Positions 17,719 through 25,940 of a DNA stretch of 40,287 nt are shown here, one piece after another. Origin of the DNA: Candidatus Micrarchaeia archaeon (GTDB taxonomy: Archaea; Micrarchaeota; Micrarchaeia; Burarchaeales; JACRGF01); the NCBI GenBank assembly GCA_038870455.1, contig JAWCPB010000006.1:1-40287 (forward strand), in the 5' to 3' direction. Numbering within the stretch: position 1 is the stretch's first letter; each line of letters starts with the position of its first letter. The notes below the pieces were generated by a model. The model had not been told where the DNA came from, searched no databases, and was given only the letters and a program-made list of their open reading frames with translations. The translations under genes were made by a program, and so were the position numbers.

Positions 17719-18393
17719 ATGCTGGCCATTGTCATTGCCGATGCCGCGCTTGAGCTGGTTCCGGCAGCCATCGCCCGCCATCCCATAATCGCCTCGCATG
17801 CAAGGAAGAGGAGGAAGAAGCCGACAGAGCTTTTGCTGGATGCCAGCCTGCACTGGAGGGCGATGGAGAAACTTGAAAACAGAGAGCGGAGGGGCAGGCC
17901 TGACATCATTCACGACCTCATCAAGCTCGCGCTCGACTCGCAGCTCAACAAGGCAGGCCGGCTGTGCATGTCTGTTCACACGCTGGAGGACAAAGTCATC
18001 CGCATGAATCCCGAGACGCGCGCTTCCAGAAATTACAATCAGTTTGTGGGCCTCATCGAAGACCTGTACAAAAAGAAAAGCATCGAGGCGGAGGGAAAGA
18101 GGCTGCTGTGGCTTGAGGAAAAATCACTCGCGGGCCTGCTGGCCGAGCTGAGCGGCTTCGCTCTGCTGGTGTGCGATGTGAGGGGAAAGCTCTTCTCTCT
18201 GAGAGAACTCGCTGGCTTTTTCGAGGCTCACAGGGATGCCGGTGTGATTATCGGAGGTTTTCCTCACGGGGACTTCTTGAGCCAAACCGCGCTGGCAAAC
18301 CAACCAAAAATTTCACTCTCCCCTGTCGAGCTCACCGCGCCAGCCGTGCTGGCGAAAGTGCTCTCTGCCTATGAGTACAGCGCTGGCTTTTGA
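17719..18393 (+). CDS. nep1: 16S rRNA pseudouridine N1-methyltransferase Nep1/Emg1
   Basis: ALELVP, LLDASLH, RGRPDIIH, RNYNQFVGL, IGGFPHGDF. ATG at 17719. Confidence 0.92.
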   Translation: MLAIVIADAALELVPAAIARHPIIASHARKRRKKPTELLLDASLHWRAMEKLENRERRGRPDIIHDLIKLALDSQLNKAGRLCMSVHTLEDKVIRMNPETRASRNYNQFVGLIEDLYKKKSIEAEGKRLLWLEEKSLAGLLAELSGFALLVCDVRGKLFSLRELAGFFEAHRDAGVIIGGFPHGDFLSQTALANQPKISLSPVELTAPAVLAKVLSAYEYSAGF

Positions 18394-18417
18394 AACGCTT
18401 TTTAACCTGCGAGCTGA

Positions 18418-20973
18418 ATGGCCTGCGTGGAAACCAGCCTGTTCGCCAAGCCCGCTGGCGAGGTGCTCGCCGAGCTTCATTCAACGCCCGCGGGCATCTC
18501 CTCTCACGAGGCCGCCCTCAGGTTAAGGAAGTGGGGGAGAAACGAGGTGGAGAGGTGGAGGAGGAAGCGCGCGCTCGAGATTTTCCTCTCCCAATTCTCC
18601 TCCCCCCTCGTGCTTATTCTGTCCGCTGCAGCGTTCATAGCCGGCTTTCTGGGCGACCTCACCGAGTCGGCCATCATCATCGCCATTCTGCTCACCAACG
18701 CCGTGCTCGGTTTTGTCCAGGAGCACAAGTCAGAGCGCGCGCTCGAGAAGCTGGCGAGATACCTGGTCGTGAAGGCGAGGGTCATCCGCGAGGGGCGGAG
18801 GATGGAGATAAACGCCGCCGAGCTCGTGCCCGGCGATGTCGTTGAGCTCGCCATGGGCGACATCGTCCCAGCCGACGTCAGGCTCACCTCGGCCCTCGCC
18901 TTTGCTACCGATGAGTCTGTGCTGACGGGCGAGTCCGCGCCGGTTGAGAAGACCGCCTCTCCTGTGAAGGCGGAGAAGCCCATCATACAAGAGCTGCGCA
19001 ACATCGCTTTCGCAGGCACGCACGTTGCCAGCGGCTCGGGCATCGGCGTGGTCATCGCAACCGGCAGGAACACCGAGCTGGGACGCACGGCCGCCTTCCT
19101 GAAGGCGCGCCCTCCCCCCACTGACTTTGAGCGGAGCATGCGCGCTTTTGGCGACATGTTCCTGGCAGTCATAGTCATCATGACCGTTTTCATCTTCGCG
19201 GTCAATGCCATGCTCGGCAAAGACCCCCTGCTCTCCCTGCTTTTCGCGCTCGCCATCGCCGTGGGCATCACGCCCGAGATGCTCCCAATGATCATCACGC
19301 TCACGCTGTCGAGCGGCGCGCTCGTACTCGCTGCCAAGAAAGTGGTTGTCAAAAGGCTCGAGAGCATCGAGGACCTGGGAGACATGGATGTGCTGTGCAC
19401 GGACAAGACGGGCACGCTCACAGAAAACAAGCTCACGCTCGAGAGGCACGTCAATGTGGCTGGAGAGAAGGATGAGCGCGTGCTGCTGTACGCCCTGCTG
19501 TGCTCCCCCGTGGCTGCGGGCAGGCACCGCCTCTCGGGCACGCCATTCGATGTCGCGCTGTGGGAGCATGCAGGCCACATGTCCTTCGCCCACCGCCTCA
19601 GGGAATACACCACTGTCGAGGTGATTCCATTCGACTTTGAGAGAAGGAGGATGAGCGTTGTCGTGGAGGATTCGGCCGGGAGGAGGCATCTTTACTGCAA
19701 GGGCTCGGTAGAAAAAGTGTTGGCCGCCTGCACAACCGCATATACGGGCAAGCGGTTGGTGGGAATAGAAGCCCACAGGAAAAAGATAATGAAGGAGTAC
19801 GAGGAGCTCAGCGCCCGGGGCTACCGCGTGCTCGCGCTGGCAGGCAAGGCCATCGCAAAGAAGCGGTATTCGCCATCCGATGAGCAGGGCCTTGCCTTTT
19901 ATGGCCTGCTTGTCTTCTCAGACCCGCCAAAGAAAAGCGCCACTGCGGCCATCCACAGGCTCGCGGCGCTGGGCGTCGAGCTGAAAATACTCTCGGGCGA
20001 CAACCCGCTTGTCACGGCACAGGTGTGCAGGGAGGTGGGGCTGGAAATCAAGGGCGGTAGGGTGATCACTGGCGCGGAGTACGCCGGCCTCCACAGGCGC
20101 GAGCGCGCCGAAGCGGCGGAGAAGTTCAACGTGTTCGCGCGCCTCACCCCAGAACAAAAGCACGAGATCATCACCCTCCTCAAGGAGGCCAGGCACATCA
20201 CGGGCTACATCGGCGATGGCGTGAACGACGCGCCCGCGCTCCACGTTTCAGATGTGGGCATTTCGGTTGACTCGGGCGTGGACATCGCCAAGGAGGCGGC
20301 CGACATCGTGCTGCTCAAGAATGACCTGACCGTAATCGCGGACGGCATCGCAGAGGGGCGCAAGACATTCAACAACACCGCCAAATACATCTTCAACTCC
20401 ATCAGCGCGAACTTCGGCAACATGCTGACGCTGTCGCTCGCCTCGCTGTTCCTGCCCTTCATTCCCCTGCTGCCCACCCAGATACTGCTCACGAACTTCC
20501 TTTCAGACTTTCCGCTCGCCGCGGTCTCGACGGATTCCGTGGACGAGGATGATCTGCGCAGGCCAAAGAGGTGGAACATCGGCGTCATAACGCGCTTCAT
20601 GATTTTCTTCGGCTTGATAAGCTCGGTTTTCGACTTCCTGATGATATACTTCCTGCTGTACACGGCGCACGCCCCGCCGGTTCTCTTCAGAACGGGCTGG
20701 TTCCTGCTGTCGGTCATAACCGAGGTCGTGGTCACGTTCGCCCTGAGGACGAAAAAAGCTTTCTTCAAGAGCGCGCCCTCGGGCCTGCTGCTCGCGACCT
20801 CGCTCGCTGCCGTGGCCGGCTCGATCGCCCTGCCCTATCTCCCGCTCGGCGTGCTGTTCGAGTTAGTCCCGCTCGACGGCGAGTTCCTGGCCGTCATACT
20901 GTTGATCACCGCAGCTTACTTTCTCATTGTGGAACTCGCCAAGCACATCTTCTTTCATCACTACAGGATATAG
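18418..20973 (+). CDS. mgtA: Mg2+-transporting P-type ATPase (P3B, MgtA-like)
   Basis: TGES, AVGITPEMLPMI, DKTGTLT, PFDFERRRMS, SGDN, GDGVNDAP, SANFGNM, PTQILLTN, FRTGWF. Confidence 0.88.
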   Translation: MACVETSLFAKPAGEVLAELHSTPAGISSHEAALRLRKWGRNEVERWRRKRALEIFLSQFSSPLVLILSAAAFIAGFLGDLTESAIIIAILLTNAVLGFVQEHKSERALEKLARYLVVKARVIREGRRMEINAAELVPGDVVELAMGDIVPADVRLTSALAFATDESVLTGESAPVEKTASPVKAEKPIIQELRNIAFAGTHVASGSGIGVVIATGRNTELGRTAAFLKARPPPTDFERSMRAFGDMFLAVIVIMTVFIFAVNAMLGKDPLLSLLFALAIAVGITPEMLPMIITLTLSSGALVLAAKKVVVKRLESIEDLGDMDVLCTDKTGTLTENKLTLERHVNVAGEKDERVLLYALLCSPVAAGRHRLSGTPFDVALWEHAGHMSFAHRLREYTTVEVIPFDFERRRMSVVVEDSAGRRHLYCKGSVEKVLAACTTAYTGKRLVGIEAHRKKIMKEYEELSARGYRVLALAGKAIAKKRYSPSDEQGLAFYGLLVFSDPPKKSATAAIHRLAALGVELKILSGDNPLVTAQVCREVGLEIKGGRVITGAEYAGLHRRERAEAAEKFNVFARLTPEQKHEIITLLKEARHITGYIGDGVNDAPALHVSDVGISVDSGVDIAKEAADIVLLKNDLTVIADGIAEGRKTFNNTAKYIFNSISANFGNMLTLSLASLFLPFIPLLPTQILLTNFLSDFPLAAVSTDSVDEDDLRRPKRWNIGVITRFMIFFGLISSVFDFLMIYFLLYTAHAPPVLFRTGWFLLSVITEVVVTFALRTKKAFFKSAPSGLLLATSLAAVAGSIALPYLPLGVLFELVPLDGEFLAVILLITAAYFLIVELAKHIFFHHYRI

Positions 20974-21037
20974 CTCATCGGCCTCACCGGAAGCCTGCTC
21001 AAGCATTATTTTAAAAGCTCCCGCCGCACTTCACTGC

Positions 21038-22204
21038 ATGCGCGGAGGCAAGGCTTCTTTCCTCAGCAGGTTATACTCGCGCCACCAGCCCTTCCGCTCT
21101 CTCAGCGTGGGCGAGAGGCTCGCGGGCGCATCGCCTCCCTCTGTCTTCATAGGCCGCTTCGGCTACCCCAAAGTCCTCATCGGCCCGCTTGTTCCTCCAG
21201 CGAGCGGGGACACGCGCGAGATGGATTTTCCCGAGGAATGGATTCCCTCCGGAAAGAGTGCCCGGCAGATAATCAACTTCCGCCTGCAGCTCGTGCGCGG
21301 AAAGCAGGCGGTCTCGGTGCACGACACCGGCCGCATCACGCAGCTCGTGCAGGAGATCGCCCTGTCGGAAAAGCCAGCCGAGGTTGAGCTCTCCTTCTCA
21401 AAACGGCCTTCTGGCGGTTTCCTGCACGAGGAGCTGCAGCCCTTCGGGCCTTCCGCGCCATTCAAAGAACTGCGCGTTGATTCCGGCAGGTTTGAGCACA
21501 ACCTGGAGAGGGCGTACCACGACACCGACCTGAGCGCGCGCGATGCGATTGTGGAGCTTTACGAGCGCGGCACGCCCGTCTCGTTCATACAGCGCGCGCT
21601 CAGCGTGGGCGCGCTCGGCCTCGGGCAGAACAGGAAGCTCGTGCCAACGCGCTGGGCCATCACCGCGGTCGATTCCACTATGAGCGAAAAGCTTCTTGAG
21701 GAGGTGAAGGCCCTCCCGCCTATAGAAAACCAGTCTCTCGTTTTCGAGCACTCCTCGCTTTCCAACACCTTCATAATCCTACTCTTTCCCTCCACGTGGC
21801 AGTTCGAGTGGATTGAGGCGTTCTTTCCCCAAATCATCGGCGACCGCCTTGAAATATTCAGCGACAGGGAGGGCTTCGCGCGGAAAACAGAGTACTCAAG
21901 CGTGGGAGGGTGCTATTACTCGGCGCGGCTCGCCGTGTGCGAGAAGCTCAAGGAGCTGAGAAGGCAGGCGGGCGCGCTCGTGCTGCGCGAGGCCTACAGC
22001 GACTATGTCCCCCTTGGGGTTTGGAATGTGCGCGAGAACATCCGGCAGGCGCTGCGGGCGCAGCCGAAGGAGTTCGATTCTTTTGGGGCCGCGCTCGCGT
22101 ACGCCCTATCGCGCCTGCGCCTCCCTCTGCCAGCCTGGCGCGCGCACTCGGCCATTCTCAGGAGCAGGAGCACGCAGATGCAGCTGGCTTCTTTCCTGAG
22201 ATAG
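21038..22204 (+). CDS. nreA: Nre-family DNA repair protein with C-terminal PIP box
   Basis: SPPSVFIGRFGYPKV, PFGPSAP, RKLVPTRWAITAVD, GGCYYSARLAV, PLGVWNVRE, C-terminal QMQLASFL PCNA-interaction motif. ATG at 21038. Confidence 0.88.
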   Translation: MRGGKASFLSRLYSRHQPFRSLSVGERLAGASPPSVFIGRFGYPKVLIGPLVPPASGDTREMDFPEEWIPSGKSARQIINFRLQLVRGKQAVSVHDTGRITQLVQEIALSEKPAEVELSFSKRPSGGFLHEELQPFGPSAPFKELRVDSGRFEHNLERAYHDTDLSARDAIVELYERGTPVSFIQRALSVGALGLGQNRKLVPTRWAITAVDSTMSEKLLEEVKALPPIENQSLVFEHSSLSNTFIILLFPSTWQFEWIEAFFPQIIGDRLEIFSDREGFARKTEYSSVGGCYYSARLAVCEKLKELRRQAGALVLREAYSDYVPLGVWNVRENIRQALRAQPKEFDSFGAALAYALSRLRLPLPAWRAHSAILRSRSTQMQLASFLR

Positions 22205-22243
22205 CCTGCGCAACTTTTTTAACTTGCTTTGCGAAAGGCCGGC

Positions 22244-22687
22244 ATGGCCGCACGCGGTCCTGAAGAAATTCACGACATCGCGCGCCAGCTCTCCGATGTT
22301 CTCGCAGAGCTCAGGACGCTCCTCACAGTGTCGGGCGTCATCTTCGGCTTCCTTCTCTCGGCTTCCGTCTATCACGCGGTCTTTCCGCCCATCAAGGACC
22401 AGCTTTTTGTGATATCGATCATCTCCAGCATTCTCGCCATAGGCATTTTCTCCATTCCCGTCATCTATCATCACGTGCAGTTCCCCTACCCGAGCAGGGA
22501 GAAGTTCATCGCGCGCTCGCACCAGTTCATCACGCTGGGGTTCATCCCGCTCATCCTCATGTTCTTTGCCACGACTACATTCGCGCTCTTTGACTCCTTC
22601 GGCTATTCCGCGTTCCTGATTTCCCTCGCCTTGTTGATAGTGTTCGTGCTCATCTACGCCAGCCGCAAGACGATATTCCATCTGTGA
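22244..22687 (+). CDS. Four-TM membrane protein (DUF6328-like)
   Basis: LAELRTLLTVSGVIFGFLL...IPVIYHH pattern and four hydrophobic segments. Confidence 0.6.
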   Translation: MAARGPEEIHDIARQLSDVLAELRTLLTVSGVIFGFLLSASVYHAVFPPIKDQLFVISIISSILAIGIFSIPVIYHHVQFPYPSREKFIARSHQFITLGFIPLILMFFATTTFALFDSFGYSAFLISLALLIVFVLIYASRKTIFHL

Positions 22688-22691
22688 CTGC

Positions 22692-22780
22692 ATGAAAACC
22701 AGCGGGCTGCGCGAGGCCGAGGCGGCCGCGGCATTGCCGGCTGAAGAAATACCCGGAGCAGGTTCCCCACCCAGCCGATT
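22692..22780 (+). pseudogene. Possible remnant of a cation P-type ATPase N-terminus
   Basis: MKTSGLREAEAAA then, after a frameshift, RLKKY resembles GL...EA..RL.KYG.N. The similarity is short and weak. Confidence 0.25.
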
Positions 22781-23028
22781 ATGTGGCCTTCTCAGGCAGG
22801 AAAGGCAATTTCCGCGCGCTCGTGATGCACAACAAGCAGGCCATTACAAGGTTTCCTCCAACGATTCCCACACGCTCGAGCGCCTGCTCGAAGGACTATT
22901 TAAACTCTGCTGCTCTATTCGACGAATTCGCGTGTGAGCGTCAGTCAACTATTACTCGCATGAAAATGCAGAACCAAAACTAGCCCTGGAAACGCCGTTT
23001 TTCCTACATTCTGCCTAGGAAATCAAAT

Positions 23029-23083
23029 GGGTTAGGCAATGAACGGACTTTCGAAGCCCGTTTTTCCGTCAATCGCCTAACCC
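23029..23083 (-). repeat. Intergenic nested stem-loop
   Basis: GGGTTAGGC/GCCTAACCC outer arms and AACGGACTT/AAGCCCGTT inner arms. Both mismatches are A-C on the + strand and therefore G-U on the - strand. Confidence 0.6.
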
Positions 23084-23149
23084 CTCGTGTCGGTCTGAGC
23101 AAGTAATTCTAGTCAGCCCGTCCGTCTTTCATCATCACCCTTTTTCCGT

Positions 23150-23185
23150 GAACGCTTTTGCGAGCGTCAGCGAGCAAAAGGGTTC
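23150..23185. repeat. REP-like palindrome
   Basis: GAACGCTTTTGC-GAGCGTCAGCGA-GCAAAAGGGTTC: 12-bp arms with one mismatch. Confidence 0.55.
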
Positions 23186-23243
23186 TGGGATCACCTTCTG
23201 TCATCACGCAATGTTTTTATGAGCGCGCGGATATAAAAAGGGC

Positions 23244-23882
23244 ATGCCTCGTTTTCGGGCGATTCTGTTCGACTGGGACGGCACGCTGTTCGACTCCACG
23301 CGCGCGTGCTACGAAGTGTACCAGGAAATTCTGCCGCGGTTCGGCGTGCCGGCGTTCTCTTTCGAGGAATTCAGGGAGAGCTTCATCGCGGACTACCGCA
23401 AGTTCTACCTGAAGAAGGGCGTGCCGGCCGCAAGGCTTCCCGAAGTGGATGATGCCTGGAGGCAGGCGTTTGCCGAGCGGGAGGATGAGATAAGCATCTT
23501 TCCGTTTGTCCAGGGCATGCTGACGAGGCTCTACAACGGCGATGTGAGGCTGGCTCTCGTCTCGAACGGCGACGGATTCCGCGTGAGGAGCGAGCTGGCG
23601 CGGCACGCGATTTTCGATGCCTTCCACTGCGTCGTGACGAAAGACGAGGTGAAGGAGTTCAAGCCGTCGCCTGAGGGAGTGCGGTATGCGCTGCGCGCGC
23701 TTGAGGTGGAGCCCGCCAGCGCGCTGTATGTTGGCGACATGGCCGAGGATATTCTGGCAGGAAAAAATGCGGGCGTGCGGACTGCGGGCGTACTCACCGG
23801 CCTGCACGACAGGAGGCGGCTGGAGAAAGAAAAACCTGACTTCATTCTGGAGAATGCGGGGGAAGCGCTGGAAATCGTCTAA
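23244..23882 (+). CDS. HAD-superfamily phosphatase (phosphoglycolate phosphatase-like)
   Basis: LFDWDGTLFDS, VSN, KPSPEG, YVGDMAEDI. Confidence 0.92.
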   Translation: MPRFRAILFDWDGTLFDSTRACYEVYQEILPRFGVPAFSFEEFRESFIADYRKFYLKKGVPAARLPEVDDAWRQAFAEREDEISIFPFVQGMLTRLYNGDVRLALVSNGDGFRVRSELARHAIFDAFHCVVTKDEVKEFKPSPEGVRYALRALEVEPASALYVGDMAEDILAGKNAGVRTAGVLTGLHDRRRLEKEKPDFILENAGEALEIV

Positions 23883-24226
23883 ACCGGCTTTTCATGCATC
23901 TGGAGGAACTCCATTTTCTTGAAACCGCCGCTGGCGGCCTCGCACTTCACAATCCTGTTGTTCTCCAAGTAGATGTCGTAAACGTCCTTGTTGTCGGTCA
24001 TGAGCACGCGGCCGGTGAGCTTGCTGCCTTCCATGCGCAGGCCGCTCGTGTCAATGCGCACCTCGCGCGGCAGCTTGCTGAGATCCTGCCCCTTCAGCAC
24101 GCGGTCGATCTCGGCGAGCGACTGCTCGACCTGCTTGTAAATCTCGCTTCCAGGCGTGAGCTTGGGCTTTATCTCAAGCAGCGACTCGCGGATTTCGAAA
24201 AGCCTCTTCAAGACGATTTCGCGCAT
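23879..24226 (-). CDS. Hypothetical protein (115 aa)
   Basis: Clean ORF with GGTGA SD-like motif upstream; helical N-terminal half and beta-rich C-terminal half. Confidence 0.65.
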   Translation of the reverse strand: MREIVLKRLFEIRESLLEIKPKLTPGSEIYKQVEQSLAEIDRVLKGQDLSKLPREVRIDTSGLRMEGSKLTGRVLMTDNKDVYDIYLENNRIVKCEAASGGFKKMEFLQMHEKPV

Positions 24227-24234
24227 GAGCTCAC

Positions 24235-24495
24235 CTAAGCCCTTGTGGGCTTTATATTTTCCAGTCCGGTGAATAGCTCCTCCAGCATTATTATCAGCTT
24301 AGATGTTTCATCACAAAGCAGCGCGCCCATGGCAATATTCTTCTGTTTTTCGGGAGTTGCGTTTTTGATGTCCTCTTCAAATCGGTTCAATGCAGTTACT
24401 GAAGGTTCAAGAGCAAGAAGAAGTTTAAGTTGCCGCTGCAGTTCCTTTAGTCTCTCTAAAGCAGTCCCTTTGCTTTCGACGAGCTTTATGGCCAC
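24235..24495 (-). CDS. Hypothetical helical protein (86 aa)
   Basis: GTG at 24495 preceded by GGTGA; (M)AIKLVESKGTALERLKELQRQLKLL...; lower GC than its neighbours. Confidence 0.5.
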   Translation of the reverse strand: MAIKLVESKGTALERLKELQRQLKLLLALEPSVTALNRFEEDIKNATPEKQKNIAMGALLCDETSKLIIMLEELFTGLENIKPTRA

Positions 24496-24559
24496 TTCTT
24501 CACCCAAAGGGTTTTGTTTCTTGCAGGTATTTAAACCTATGCAGGCCAATTCACGTCGT

Positions 24560-25876
24560 ATGGGGCTTTTTGGCACTTCGGGCATCAGGGGGGTGTTCGG
24601 CCGCGAGGTGACGAGCGAGCTGGCGCTGGCTGTGGGCAGGGCTGTGGTGCGTGCGGTCGATGACAGGGTGGTGGTGGCCAGGGACACGCGCGCCAGCGGC
24701 CTGGCTCTCGAGAATGCGTTTGCGGCGGGCGTGCTCGAGGCAGGAGGCGAGGTGCTGCGGGCCGGCATTACTCCAACGCCAGCGCTCGCGCTCGCCAGCA
24801 AGCGCAGAGGATGCGCGGGCGCGATGATGACCGCGAGCCACAACCCGCCCGAGTACAACGGCATAAAGCTCTTCGAGAGGGAAAGCGAGCTGTCGGTGAG
24901 GGGCGAGAGAAGGGTGGAGAAGGCGATGGGAAAGGCGAGGGTGGCTGCGGGCGGCGTGGATGAAAGGCTCGAGGGAGTCGTAGAGGATCACATCGCGCTG
25001 GCGCTGGCCGGCGTGGATGCCGGGGAAATAGCTGCGAAGGCTCCGAAAGTCGTCGTGGATGCGGCGAACGGGGCCGGCGGCGTTGCCACCCCCTATGCCC
25101 TGCGCATGGCGGGCTGCAGGGTGGTGAGCCTCAACTGCGATGTTTCAGGCAAGTTCGCGAGGGGCCTTGAGCCGAATGAAGCCAACCTGCAGAGGACGGG
25201 CGCGTTCGTGAGGGCTTGCGGGGCAGACTTCGGCGTTGCTCACGATGGGGACGGCGACAGGTGCGTCATACTGGATGAGCGAGGGAAAATGCTCGGGCTC
25301 GATGTCCAGCTGGCCCTCATGGTGGGCGACGTGCTAGAGAAAAAGAAGGGAGTCGTTGTCACGACAGTCGAGGCTTCGCTGGCTGTGAGAGAGGTGGTGG
25401 AGGAGAAGGGAGGCAGGCTCATCATCACTCCTGTGGGAAGCAGGGGAGTGGCCGAGGCGATGAGGAAAGCCGGCGCGGTCTTCGGAGGCGAGCCGTGCGG
25501 AGAATACATTTTCTTCGGCGAGCTGACCGTCCCAGATGGGATTGCGACGGCGCTGCGGTTCGCCCAAATCCTTGCTGAGAGGGGAGCGCTCAGCGGGCTG
25601 GCCGGCGAAGCAAAGAGATACCCGATGAAGAGGTCGAAGATTCCGTGCAGGAACAAGGAAAAGGCGATGGGCGAGATAAGAAAGGAGGCGAGGAGGCTCG
25701 GCGGCCGGCTCAACACAATTGATGGCGTGAGGCTCGACTTCGACGAGGGGTGGCTGCTCATCCGCCCGAGCGGCACAGAGCCTGTCATCAGGATAACGTG
25801 CGAGCATAAGAGCGAAAAGGAGTTGAAAGCGCTTTACGCAAGGGCAGAAGCGCTTGTGAAGAAAGCAGTAAGGTGA
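24560..25876 (+). CDS. glmM: Phosphoglucosamine mutase / phosphomannomutase
   Basis: LFGTSGIRG, RDTRASG, TASHNPPEYNGIK, HDGDGDR, GGEPCG, IRPSGTEP. ATG at 24560. Confidence 0.9.
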   Translation: MGLFGTSGIRGVFGREVTSELALAVGRAVVRAVDDRVVVARDTRASGLALENAFAAGVLEAGGEVLRAGITPTPALALASKRRGCAGAMMTASHNPPEYNGIKLFERESELSVRGERRVEKAMGKARVAAGGVDERLEGVVEDHIALALAGVDAGEIAAKAPKVVVDAANGAGGVATPYALRMAGCRVVSLNCDVSGKFARGLEPNEANLQRTGAFVRACGADFGVAHDGDGDRCVILDERGKMLGLDVQLALMVGDVLEKKKGVVVTTVEASLAVREVVEEKGGRLIITPVGSRGVAEAMRKAGAVFGGEPCGEYIFFGELTVPDGIATALRFAQILAERGALSGLAGEAKRYPMKRSKIPCRNKEKAMGEIRKEARRLGGRLNTIDGVRLDFDEGWLLIRPSGTEPVIRITCEHKSEKELKALYARAEALVKKAVR

Positions 25877-25940
25877 GGCCGAGGCGAATGCGCTGGTGGG
25901 CGAGCGGGCGTAAGGTGGTTGAAGTGGTCTGGAGGGCGTT

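Noticed and set aside
22692-22983. Short ORFs 22692-22937 and 22783-22983 as real genes
   Set aside because: They are overlapping frames with no coherent motif; more likely decayed sequence.
23031-23081. GTTAGGC...GCCTAAC looks like integron attC core sites
   Set aside because: The order is inverted relative to attC (RYYYAAC should precede GTTRRRY). There is no second site, cassette array or integrase in the window.
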